The notes beneath the pieces were generated by a model. That model saw only the letters and a list, made by a program, of their open reading frames with translations. It had not been told where the DNA came from and ran no database searches. Shown piece after piece: positions 19,055 to 28,030 of a stretch of 64,000 bases of DNA; position 1 is the stretch's first letter, and the number at the start of each line of letters is the position of its first letter. The stretch covers positions 186,001-250,000 of IMG/VR virus record IMGVR_UViG_3300027759_000045. One strand, given 5' to 3'. The position numbers and the translations under genes were made by a program.

Positions 19055-20155
19055 ATGTTAGATGCTATTAAACCGTTACTAGATAGCGACTTGATCACCG
19101 AGGAAACTCGCCAGGAGATCAACGAAGCTTGGGAAGCCAAGCTGGTTGAAGCTCGTGAACAGGCTCGTGCAGAACTCCGCGAAGAGTTTGCACAACGCTA
19201 TGAACATGACAAAACAGTGATGGTGGAAGCCCTAGATCGTATGGTAACAGATGGTCTTACTGCAGAGATTCAAGCCGTTGCTGCCGAAAAAGCACAACTG
19301 GTAGAAGATCGCGTTCGTTTCCAAAGCAAGATGAATGAAAATGCCACAAAGTTTAACAGCTTTATGGTCACTAAACTTGCTGAAGAAATTAGCGAACTGC
19401 GTCGAGATCGTAAGCAACACAATGAAGGACTAGAAAAACTAGAAGGCTTCATTGTGCATGCATTGGCTCGCGAAATTCAAGAATTCGCCACAGACAAACG
19501 TGATGTTGTAGAAACAAAAGTTCGTCTGGTACGTGAAGCACGTGTCCAATTGGAAGCATTGAAAGCACGATTTGTAACAGAATCTGCACAGAAAATGAGT
19601 CAATCTGTTAGCCGTCATCTAAAGGCTGAACTCAGTCAGTTACAAGAAGACATCCGAGTTGCTCGTGAGAACAATTTTGGTCGTCGTATCTTTGAAGCAT
19701 ACGCAAGTGAATTTGGTGCTACCCATCTCAACGAGAAAGCGGAAGTGCGTAAATTACACGATACAATTGCAAACAAAGATGCAAAATTGTCTGAAGCCAT
19801 CAAACTTATTAGGAACGCAAAAGTTCTTAACGAGTCAAAAGAGCGTGAAATACGAATGATCAAAGAGACCAACCAACGTGCAAACGTTATGGACGAATTG
19901 CTGGCTCCTCTTAACCAAGAGAAGCAAGAAGTCATGCGTAATTTACTCGAAAGCGTACAAACAACACGTTTGAAAAACGCATTTGAAAAGTATCTACCGG
20001 CTGTTCTAACCGACCGCTCTGTAAAAGCCTCCAAAGTGATTACAGAATCCGTGTCTACAGTCACCGGCGATAAATCTGCCCGTAGCCAAATTGAAGACGA
20101 CAGTGCTGACCACAGCAATGTCATTGACATCAAGCGTTTGGCAGGGTTAAATTAA
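19055..20155 (+). CDS. gp22: Prohead scaffolding/core protein
   Basis: Coiled-coil, Glu/Lys-rich, directly between gp21 and gp23. Confidence 0.8.
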   Translation: MLDAIKPLLDSDLITEETRQEINEAWEAKLVEAREQARAELREEFAQRYEHDKTVMVEALDRMVTDGLTAEIQAVAAEKAQLVEDRVRFQSKMNENATKFNSFMVTKLAEEISELRRDRKQHNEGLEKLEGFIVHALAREIQEFATDKRDVVETKVRLVREARVQLEALKARFVTESAQKMSQSVSRHLKAELSQLQEDIRVARENNFGRRIFEAYASEFGATHLNEKAEVRKLHDTIANKDAKLSEAIKLIRNAKVLNESKEREIRMIKETNQRANVMDELLAPLNQEKQEVMRNLLESVQTTRLKNAFEKYLPAVLTDRSVKASKVITESVSTVTGDKSARSQIEDDSADHSNVIDIKRLAGLN

Positions 20156-20173
20156 TTTTAAAGGAGACATTAA

Positions 20174-21370
20174 ATGTCACAACAATTATTAGAAGGTCGC
20201 TGGGACGAGACCAAGGAAGCACTGCTCGAAGGTCTAAACGGCTCCAAGCGCAGTAGTATGAACGTGATTCTTGAGAACACACGCAAGTACTTGAAAGAAA
20301 ACGCAAGTGCTGGTTCCACAGCCGCTGGCAACATCGCTACATTAAACCGTGTGATTCTACCAGTTATCCGTCGTGTAATGCCAACAGTTATCGCTAACGA
20401 GTTGGTAGGCGTTCAGCCAATGACAGGCCCAGTTGGTCAAATTCACACTCTACGTGTGCGTTACGCTGGTAACTTGACTGATAACTCAGCAGCCGCAACC
20501 AGCGTCACAGCCGGTCAAGAAGCATTGAGTCCATTCACTATTGCCACTGCATACTCTACAGTGGGCAAAGACACAACATCAACATCAACTTACACCGGTG
20601 CTAACACAGCAACGCTTGAAGGTAACGGCGGTAAGCAAATTTCCGTTCAAATCTTGAAGCAAGCAGTTGAAGCCAAGACACGTAAGTTGCAAGCACGTTG
20701 GACATTTGAATCTGCACAAGACGCACAGGCCATGCATGGTATTGACGTTGAAGCAGAAATCATGGCCGCACTGGCACAAGAGATCACTGCTGAGATTGAC
20801 CAAGAGATTCTCTTGAGTTTGAGCACATTGGCTGCTGTTGAGTACACATACAACCAAGCTACCGTTAGTGGTACTGCTACGTTTGTGGGTGACGAACATG
20901 CTGCTTTGGCAGTGTTGATCAACCGTACAGCTAACTTGATCGCCCAACGTACACGTCGTGGCGCAGGTAACTGGGCAGTGGTATCTCCAGCCAGTTTGAC
21001 AGTGTTGCAATCAGCAACAACTAGTGCGTTTGCTCGTACTACAGAAGGCACATTTGAAGCACCTACAAACACCAAGTTTGTTGGTACATTGAACGGTGCT
21101 ATGCGTGTGTTTGTTAACAGCTACGCTAGCGACACTGCTAACGTATTGGTTGGCTACAAAGGTACTAGTGAGGCAGATGCTGCCGCATTCTATTGCCCAT
21201 ACATTCCGTTAATGAGTAGTGGTGTGGTTCTTGACCCATCAACATTCGAACCAGTCGTGTCATTTATGACTCGCTACGGATTCGTAGAACTCACGAATAC
21301 TGCAAGTTCGTTTGGTAATGCTGCCGACTATGTCGGGGAAATAGCAGTACAAAATCTATCATTTAGTTGA
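20174..21370 (+). CDS. gp23: Major capsid protein
   Basis: RRVMP..IANELVGVQPMTGPVG, KQAVEAKTRKLQARWT.E.AQD, EI..EIDQE, FYCPYIPL, FMTRYG. Confidence 0.97.
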   Translation: MSQQLLEGRWDETKEALLEGLNGSKRSSMNVILENTRKYLKENASAGSTAAGNIATLNRVILPVIRRVMPTVIANELVGVQPMTGPVGQIHTLRVRYAGNLTDNSAAATSVTAGQEALSPFTIATAYSTVGKDTTSTSTYTGANTATLEGNGGKQISVQILKQAVEAKTRKLQARWTFESAQDAQAMHGIDVEAEIMAALAQEITAEIDQEILLSLSTLAAVEYTYNQATVSGTATFVGDEHAALAVLINRTANLIAQRTRRGAGNWAVVSPASLTVLQSATTSAFARTTEGTFEAPTNTKFVGTLNGAMRVFVNSYASDTANVLVGYKGTSEADAAAFYCPYIPLMSSGVVLDPSTFEPVVSFMTRYGFVELTNTASSFGNAADYVGEIAVQNLSFS

Positions 21371-21403
21371 TATTTTATTCATCTCAGGGATGGGAAGAAA
21401 CAG

Positions 21404-21427
21404 AAAAGCGCCGTAAGGCGCTTTTTT
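21404..21427 (+). terminator. Rho-independent terminator after gp23
   Basis: AAAAGCGCC-GTAA-GGCGCTTTTTT. Confidence 0.9.
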
Positions 21428-21428
21428 G

Positions 21429-21457
21429 TTGACTTTTGCACCTATAAATGTTATTAT
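21429..21457 (+). promoter_or_regulatory. Sigma70-like promoter for the HNH gene
   Basis: TTGACT, 17 nt, TATTAT with extended TG; a TAAATA box also at 21472-21477. Confidence 0.55.
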
Positions 21458-21482
21458 GGAGTTGACAAACATAAATAATCAT

Positions 21483-22235
21483 ATGAACAAATATAAACAA
21501 TGGTACAACAATATTACAGAACGAGCCAAACATCGTGTTCTGGATTCTTACACAGAAAGTCATCATATAGTACCACGCAGTTTAGGAGGCAGTAACAACC
21601 TAGATAATTTGGTCAATCTCACAGCCAGAGAACACTTTGTCTGTCATTGGTTGTTGGTTAAAATGACCACAGGACAAGACCATTACAAAATGCTAAATGC
21701 ACTTAGAATGATGCGAGCAGAAAAGCAAGGACAGAGTAGATATAATACAAAAATTACCGCACGAGTGTATGAAAGCATTAAACAAGAGTATGCAGAATTA
21801 CAAAGCAAACAATTTACCGGAACAGGAAATGGAATGTTTGGCAAACATCATACACAAGAAGCCAAAGATAAAATACGCCAAAAAAATCTAGGAAAAAAAT
21901 TAACTCCAGAACAGATTGAAAAACTTAAAAAAGCAACAACTGGCAAGAAGAAACCACCTATAACAGATGAGCATAGGGCAAAGCTATCAGTTGCACAATC
22001 AGGAAAAAATAATCCACGATATGGTGTAGAAGTATCTGCTGAAACTCGAGCAAAAATATCAGAGAAAGCAAAAGGTCGTAAGCAGTCAGTGGAAACAGTA
22101 CAAAAGAAAGCCAATGCTATACGTGGATTAAAACGTGAAAAAAAGCTGTGTCCGCACTGTGATCAACTGGTAGCAGTGAATGGCCACGCTCGCTGGCACG
22201 GCGATCACTGTGGCCAACTAAATACTAGATCTTAA
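21483..22235 (+). CDS. Free-standing HNH homing endonuclease with NUMOD3 repeats
   Basis: ESHHIVPRSLGGSN...NLVNLTAREHFVCHWLL; NUMOD3-like GKHHTQEAKDKI, TDEHRAKLS, SAETRAKISE; C-terminal CPHC...H..C. Start reassigned to MNKY at 21483. Confidence 0.9.
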   Translation: MNKYKQWYNNITERAKHRVLDSYTESHHIVPRSLGGSNNLDNLVNLTAREHFVCHWLLVKMTTGQDHYKMLNALRMMRAEKQGQSRYNTKITARVYESIKQEYAELQSKQFTGTGNGMFGKHHTQEAKDKIRQKNLGKKLTPEQIEKLKKATTGKKKPPITDEHRAKLSVAQSGKNNPRYGVEVSAETRAKISEKAKGRKQSVETVQKKANAIRGLKREKKLCPHCDQLVAVNGHARWHGDHCGQLNTRS

Positions 22236-22247
22236 AAGGAACTTGAT

Positions 22248-22961
22248 ATGGCAGTCACAATAGGACCAGGATGGTCAATCGGCCCAGGCGTAGCACTAGG
22301 CACTGGCTCGTCAATCTCAAACGGTAGTATATTGTTTGACGGCACAAATTATCTCACCGTGCCCAATAACACAGCATTTGATCAAAACAGCGGTGCTTGG
22401 ACTGTGGAATCTTTTGTGTACCCAACTGCTAACATTGAAGAGTACATCTACATGCAAAACACTGTGGGATTCTTGGGCATTGCCTACTACTATGGTAGCT
22501 TTCGTGTGGACCAAAGAGGTAATTATCGAATAAGCACCCCATTGACTTACGGCATAAACAACTGGTATCATGTGGCCATGACTTACAATGGGGCAGGCAC
22601 TGTGACTTTATGGGTGGACGGAGTATCGGTGGGTACCTGGGCCAGCAGTGGGTTGGTTGCTTCGGCGCTCACAACTGAAATAGGTTCGGTTGCAATGGGG
22701 CTTAACCCTTGGTTCGGTAACATATCAAATCTGCGTGTGGTCAAAGGTGTGGCAGTTTACACCGGTGCATTCACTGTGCCCACAGCACCACTTGCAACCA
22801 CACAGAGTGCAGGAACCAACATCTCGGCTATTACAGGTACACAAACACAGTTATTGTTGAATACCTATCAGGGTGCCGGATTCTTAACAGACGCATCAAC
22901 CAATAACTTTACTGTAACAAACAATGGTAGTGCAACCAGTGCCGCATTAAATCCATTTTAA
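22248..22961 (+). CDS. LamG/concanavalin-like virion protein with N-terminal IGPGWSIG motif
   Basis: WTVESFVYP, WYHVAMT, GNISNLRVVKGVAVYT, T.LLL. Confidence 0.8.
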   Translation: MAVTIGPGWSIGPGVALGTGSSISNGSILFDGTNYLTVPNNTAFDQNSGAWTVESFVYPTANIEEYIYMQNTVGFLGIAYYYGSFRVDQRGNYRISTPLTYGINNWYHVAMTYNGAGTVTLWVDGVSVGTWASSGLVASALTTEIGSVAMGLNPWFGNISNLRVVKGVAVYTGAFTVPTAPLATTQSAGTNISAITGTQTQLLLNTYQGAGFLTDASTNNFTVTNNGSATSAALNPF

Positions 22962-22971
22962 GGAATAAATT

Positions 22972-23742
22972 ATGACAGTATCAATTGGACCAGGATGGAG
23001 CATTGGACCCGGATGGACGATAGATGGTGGCCCTGTTGCCACCGGCAGCATGAATTTTACTCCGGCTGCCGCGTATCTACAGACACCCGTCAGTAGCCCC
23101 GGTTCTACCAACATCAATTTGCTGACCGGTGGTCAACTGACAACTTCAAGTGTATTCACGCTGGAAGCATTCATCAACATCACTTCATTCAATGGAACCA
23201 AGACCGGTCAAACCGGCGAAGAAAGCTGGATCATAGGCAATTACACAGCAGACCTGGCCACAACTCCTTGGGGCTGGAATGTGCAGAGCAATGGTTATTT
23301 GCAATTGTTCATATACAATGGTTCATATAACAAATTGGTGGCAACCACAACACAACTGTCAGAAGGCGTCTGGTACTATGTGGCCATGACCATAAATGGA
23401 ACTAGTGTTTACTTGTTTGTTGATGGTGTGTTGCAAACAAATCAGCCATCGGGCGCCAATATCATTACCACAAATGTAGGTTCATCACAAGTGACCGATC
23501 AATTGACACTGGGATCCAGTTCCGCTGGCAGATATTTCAATGGCTACATGAGCAGTGTGCGTGTGACCAAGTCAGCCCTGTACACTTCAGGATTCTCTGC
23601 TCCGTCGGCACCATTGCCCAACATAGCCAACACTTCGTTGTTGCTACAAGTGAATTCAGCCGGCACGTACCTTGCTGACTCCAGCAACAACAACTTTACC
23701 ATGACCAATAGCGGTGTAATTTACAGCACCTTACACCCATAA
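22972..23742 (+). CDS. LamG/concanavalin-like virion protein, paralog of 22248
   Basis: FTLEAFI, WYYVAMT, FNGYMSSVRVT, TSLLL; same N-terminal motif. Confidence 0.8.
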   Translation: MTVSIGPGWSIGPGWTIDGGPVATGSMNFTPAAAYLQTPVSSPGSTNINLLTGGQLTTSSVFTLEAFINITSFNGTKTGQTGEESWIIGNYTADLATTPWGWNVQSNGYLQLFIYNGSYNKLVATTTQLSEGVWYYVAMTINGTSVYLFVDGVLQTNQPSGANIITTNVGSSQVTDQLTLGSSSAGRYFNGYMSSVRVTKSALYTSGFSAPSAPLPNIANTSLLLQVNSAGTYLADSSNNNFTMTNSGVIYSTLHP

Positions 23743-23748
23743 AATATC

Positions 23749-23883
23749 ATGATCAATCAAATAAAATATTCAGGTTTGTTCCCGGAAAAACATTCTAGTC
23801 CAATTGGTACCACACTGGGATTACCGCAGCCTAAGCCCGCAGCACCTGTTGTGCCTGTGCAACAGCAACCGGTTAAATCTTAA
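23749..23883 (+). CDS. 44-aa hypothetical peptide
   Basis: Hand-translated MINQIKYSGLFPEKHSSPIGTTLGLPQPKPAAPVVPVQQQPVKS*; fills the gap, below the track cut-off. Confidence 0.4.
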   Translation: MINQIKYSGLFPEKHSSPIGTTLGLPQPKPAAPVVPVQQQPVKS

Positions 23884-25033
23884 ACAATCGCAAGTGTAGT
23901 TTGATTCGTTCAACAACACTGGCCCAGTCGCCCATTTGGGGTTGACGGAACAGTCTTGCAGTGGCATACCAAGGCGTGTCGTCTCTGTTCAGCAACCAAC
24001 GCCAGCAAGGTGCATAGTTGTTCAGCATGATCCAAGTGGGCTTGCCCAATGCCGCACTTAAATGGGCTGTGGCAGTGTCAACACTGACCACCACATCAAG
24101 ATTTGCAACCAGAGCGGCAGTGTCTGCAAAGGTGTTTACCCCACCAGGGAAACAGCGTACTCCCACTGACACTAGTTCTTTTTCTTCTTCAGCAGTACAG
24201 TCAGTTTGTAAATTATACCATTCGTAATCTGCGTGTGATCGAATCATGGCCAACATGGTCTCAAACGGCATGGCCTTGTGCTGATTGATCCAACTGTCAC
24301 GTCGCCCTGACCAGGCAAAGCCCACTCGTAATTTATTTTTAATTCCCAAGTTTCTGCGCCAGTCTACAACCAATGCAGGATCAGGATTTAAGTATTGAAT
24401 CACAGTGGGCAAGTTGTCAACCCGAACGTTTAATTTGCCAGGCAAGCTCATTATAGGAAGCCAGTAATCAAATACATCACCTGGCGGTTCGGCATAACTG
24501 ATCACTCGAACTCCACGTCCAATTTCACTAGATTGAATCAAAGGGATTAGGCTGTCTGTGACCTGCACTGTCACAGTGGCACCAATGTTTTTTAAGTTCT
24601 GTATAAATCGCACAAACTGTATAATGTCACCGTGTCCCTGTTCTCCGCGGATAAAAATTGTTTTACCCGTTAAATCTTCGCCATTCCACACAGGCCATGT
24701 ATAGTTGGGAATTGTACCTTTCAAATGTTCAAAATTGTGTCGTGCTTCGTATGCAGGCCAGCCACGCACATAGTCTCCACTCAGCAAGTAGGCCACTGCT
24801 AAATTAAAATGGTGTGTGACATTGGCCGGATCCAACTGTATGGCACGTTGTAAAAACGGAACAGCGCCTACTGGATCGCCTATCTCTCTCAACACATTGC
24901 CGTAGTTGTTGAACGCACCGGATGATCCTCTGTCCGTGGCCATTGCTACAGCGTACTGTTGCAGGGCCTGTTCTGGCAGGTGTTGTTCTCTGTAGGTATT
25001 GCCCTGAGCAATAAGTTGTTCTGTGTTTTGCAT
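23873..25033 (-). CDS. TPR-repeat glycosyltransferase (GT-B, GT9-like C-terminus)
   Basis: TPRs (AFNNYGNVL, HFNLAVAYL), EQGHGDIIQFVRF, DTAALVANLDVVVSVDTATAHLSAALGKPTW, CWRW..W Y. Confidence 0.88.
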   Translation of the reverse strand: MQNTEQLIAQGNTYREQHLPEQALQQYAVAMATDRGSSGAFNNYGNVLREIGDPVGAVPFLQRAIQLDPANVTHHFNLAVAYLLSGDYVRGWPAYEARHNFEHLKGTIPNYTWPVWNGEDLTGKTIFIRGEQGHGDIIQFVRFIQNLKNIGATVTVQVTDSLIPLIQSSEIGRGVRVISYAEPPGDVFDYWLPIMSLPGKLNVRVDNLPTVIQYLNPDPALVVDWRRNLGIKNKLRVGFAWSGRRDSWINQHKAMPFETMLAMIRSHADYEWYNLQTDCTAEEEKELVSVGVRCFPGGVNTFADTAALVANLDVVVSVDTATAHLSAALGKPTWIMLNNYAPCWRWLLNRDDTPWYATARLFRQPQMGDWASVVERIKLHLRLFKI

Positions 25034-25081
25034 GGCAATATTTACATGTTATTTTGGTACTGTAAAAATATCAATCACTCA

Positions 25082-25180
25082 TAAATACTTGTCAACGCAA
25101 TTGGGCGTTTTATGCGGAAGAATAAACCCTACCGCGTAGTGGCTAGAACCCACATCGGACTTCTTTAAGGAGAAAACAAA
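25082..25180 (+). promoter_or_regulatory. Late promoter plus structured 5' leader
   Basis: TAAATA at 25082-25087, three consecutive hairpins, SD AAGGAG at 25167-25172. Confidence 0.55.
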
Positions 25181-26002
25181 ATGGGACGTCCTCTTAAAAT
25201 TAAAAAAATTACCGAAGCTAGTTACAACTCTAGTACCGGTGCAAACCCTGGTGTTGATATTGGTTTCAATGCATTAACAAGTTTAACAGCACCGGTGTAT
25301 CCAAGTAGTACTTGGACTGGCACAGAATATCTTGGTGTAGTTGGCGGTGTACAACCCGCAACCGTTGCCAGTGCAGCTTATCCAATTGTCAAATGCGAAG
25401 TAAATATTACCAACAGCTATAGTGGTCAAACACCTGGATTGATTATTCGCCAAAAAGGTTCACGCAAGTTTATGGTTGCAACCACAGCTGGTATTGATCC
25501 TGCCAACACTGTAATTGGCGGCACACCCACAGTGGCCTTGCGTATTCGTGTAGTTGGTGACACCAACTGGACAGCCATGGGTGCTCCTGAAGGTTACGGC
25601 ATAGGCACAATCTTTACTCCTACAGCAGCCTCTGCAGGCGGCACCACCGGCACAGCGCAAGAAGTTGGTACATGTGTGTTACAAAATGATGTAACTCCCA
25701 CAGCCGGCAACATGAGTATCAGTTATTTCAGCAACGACTCAACTGAAACAGCAGTCAGCAAGTTGACCAACAAGTTCTTACAGAACTTTGCTGGAGGTTG
25801 TGCAGGCGGCGGAGCCAACACCGGTGACGTTTGGAATCCAACTCTAGTTGTTGACAACGTAACATTGGTTGACAACTTCTTCAGCGACGAAGGCACAACA
25901 GCCAAGTCTGGTGCTGAAATTGACACCTGGGGCACAAACGGTTCAGAGCAATTGGCAACAGGTGCACTGGATCTAGCAATTGTAGAGAACTACACAAGCT
26001 AA
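25181..26002 (+). CDS. Putative virion structural protein
   Basis: MGRPLK start, IIRQKGSRKF motif, Thr/Gly-rich, strong SD, followed by a terminator. Confidence 0.65.
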   Translation: MGRPLKIKKITEASYNSSTGANPGVDIGFNALTSLTAPVYPSSTWTGTEYLGVVGGVQPATVASAAYPIVKCEVNITNSYSGQTPGLIIRQKGSRKFMVATTAGIDPANTVIGGTPTVALRIRVVGDTNWTAMGAPEGYGIGTIFTPTAASAGGTTGTAQEVGTCVLQNDVTPTAGNMSISYFSNDSTETAVSKLTNKFLQNFAGGCAGGGANTGDVWNPTLVVDNVTLVDNFFSDEGTTAKSGAEIDTWGTNGSEQLATGALDLAIVENYTS

Positions 26003-26019
26003 TTTTGTTGTAACTCACA

Positions 26020-26049
26020 AATCCCCACTAAGTACTGTGGGGATTTTTT
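26020..26049 (+). terminator. Terminator hairpin with TAAGTA in the loop
   Basis: AATCCCCAC-TAAGTACT-GTGGGGATTTTTT. Confidence 0.8.
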
Positions 26050-26637
26050 ATGACTATAGCATTTGTGTTAGGCAACGGAGTCAGTAGGTCTGGACTGCCG
26101 TTGGAACACATTCAAACATTGGGAAAAGTATATGGCTGTAACGCTCTTTATAGAGAGTTCACACCAGACGTTCTTGTGGCAACAGATCGCCCAATTGCCC
26201 AACTGATACAAGAAACTGGCTATTCTGCCCAACATCGATTCTACACAAGAAAACCCATTCCTGGTCTGGGTGCTGTGGCAGTGCCCAAAGAGTACTACGG
26301 CTTTAGTTCTGGTCCAAATGCTGTGGGAATTGCGGCCAAAAATCAACACGGTAGGATCTACTTGATAGGATTTGACATGGGTCCCAATGTACACAAACAG
26401 TTTAACAACATGTATGCAGGCACAGAGTTTTACAAGCCCACGGATTCACGTCCAACTTTTACTGGAAATTGGGTAAAACAACTCACAACCATTGCCAAAG
26501 ATCATCCCGATACCGAATTTATTCGAGTCTGTGGCAACACCACAGCACGATTACCGGAGTTAGACCGGATCAAAAACTTGGCCCATGAGGATTTGAGTAC
26601 CTTTGTAATGCGGATAAATAATCAAAAGGATCTCTAA
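26050..26637 (+). CDS. DUF115/Maf-like nucleotide-sugar transferase-like protein
   Basis: AFVLGNGVSR, YGCNALYR..PDVLVATD, SSGPNA, IYLIGFD. Confidence 0.55.
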   Translation: MTIAFVLGNGVSRSGLPLEHIQTLGKVYGCNALYREFTPDVLVATDRPIAQLIQETGYSAQHRFYTRKPIPGLGAVAVPKEYYGFSSGPNAVGIAAKNQHGRIYLIGFDMGPNVHKQFNNMYAGTEFYKPTDSRPTFTGNWVKQLTTIAKDHPDTEFIRVCGNTTARLPELDRIKNLAHEDLSTFVMRINNQKDL

Positions 26638-27249
26638 ATGGCTACAGTAAAAACTACCAGCGGCGACTATACCATCACAGTGGCAAATGGTCTTGGCCTC
26701 TTAACCATCAATGCCGATCTTGATGTAGTTGGTAATATTACATATATTGATTCAACAGAACTCAAAGTCACTGACCCATTCATCACTGTGGCTGCCAACA
26801 ACAACGGTGCAATACAAAGCATGGGCTTGGTGGCTCAAAAAACAACCACAACTTTTGCAGGCTTGCGATTTAACACAGTATCGGGCGATTGGGAAATCAG
26901 TGACAGTGTTGACGCCAATGGCGCACCAATATCTGCATATGTAACAATTGCTTCCGGTAATATAAGCACCTCACCAGGTGCACCTGTTAATTCTGTGCAG
27001 TTTAACAATGCTGGTACCTTTGGTGGTAACAGCAAATTTACATTTGATTCTGCAAATACCAAAGTGGGCATAACAGGGCAATTGGTGTTGGGCAACATAG
27101 CCACAACGCCCGCAGCCACAGCAAACTCTGCCGCACTGTACAACAACACCGAAGGCGCTGGCGGAACTGGTGTGTACGTCAGAAGCACAACTGTCGACGA
27201 CGAATTAATTAGCAAACGCAAGGCTCTTGCATACAGTCTTGTACTTTAA
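26638..27249 (+). CDS. Virion structural protein
   Basis: L.V.GN..Y....L.V.DP.I motif and SVQFNNAG.FGG, typical of phage fibre/baseplate proteins. Confidence 0.65.
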   Translation: MATVKTTSGDYTITVANGLGLLTINADLDVVGNITYIDSTELKVTDPFITVAANNNGAIQSMGLVAQKTTTTFAGLRFNTVSGDWEISDSVDANGAPISAYVTIASGNISTSPGAPVNSVQFNNAGTFGGNSKFTFDSANTKVGITGQLVLGNIATTPAATANSAALYNNTEGAGGTGVYVRSTTVDDELISKRKALAYSLVL

Positions 27250-27258
27250 GGAATCAAA

Positions 27259-27591
27259 ATGGCAATCACCAATACACGATTAACAACAACCACACCAACC
27301 ACAGTATTTGAAGCAGTTGGACAACAGGCAATCACCACAATATATTTGTGCAACACAACAGGAACAGATGTTTCTGTCAATGTATTTGCAATCAACAGTG
27401 ATGACAGTGTTGGCGCTGCTTTTGAAAATATGATTTACAATCAGATTTTACTCACTGCTGGCAGCGGCAACATAGGTGACACCTATGTTATATCAACAGA
27501 AAGACTTATACTAGACAACGGCGATCTCATTGATGTTGAAGCAAACATTGCTGATTGTGTCACTGTTACAGTGAGTTCGATCGCAGTGTAA
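27259..27591 (+). CDS. Small virion structural protein
   Basis: Beta-rich 110 aa, AAGGA SD, lies in structural operon. Confidence 0.6.
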   Translation: MAITNTRLTTTTPTTVFEAVGQQAITTIYLCNTTGTDVSVNVFAINSDDSVGAAFENMIYNQILLTAGSGNIGDTYVISTERLILDNGDLIDVEANIADCVTVTVSSIAV

Positions 27592-27592
27592 C

Positions 27593-27991
27593 ATGGGAAA
27601 TTGGGTCAAAAATCGCCGACTAGAATCTGGTAGTACATCAGTGGTCATGCCAACTGGCAGCTCGGCCACTCGCCCGGACGCACCTGTGTTTGGACAATTT
27701 AGATTCAACACTGACATAGGATTGATTGAATTCTACAACGGTGCTGTATGGTCTCCTCTGTCCGCTGGTGGGTCCATTGCTTATACAGTTGATGATTTTG
27801 TGGGCAACGGCATTACCACAGTGTTCACCATGTCCGTACAAGAAGCAACAGCACAACAGATCATTGTGTTTATTGGCAGCGTGTATCAGATACCAGTGAC
27901 AAATTACACAGTTAACGGTGGATTTGATATCACATTTACCAGTGCGCCGCCATTAGGTCTTCCAGTCAACGTGATTCATAGCACAACCTGA
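27593..27991 (+). CDS. Small virion/fibre-associated protein
   Basis: PTGSSATRP..G.FRFN and F.GNG.TT.FT...V.I..VYQ.P..Y...ITF..AP modules shared with 31762 and 33315. Confidence 0.65.
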   Translation: MGNWVKNRRLESGSTSVVMPTGSSATRPDAPVFGQFRFNTDIGLIEFYNGAVWSPLSAGGSIAYTVDDFVGNGITTVFTMSVQEATAQQIIVFIGSVYQIPVTNYTVNGGFDITFTSAPPLGLPVNVIHSTT

Positions 27992-28030
27992 GTGTTGCAT
28001 CAACTAAATACCCTATAAGGGAAAAAATCA

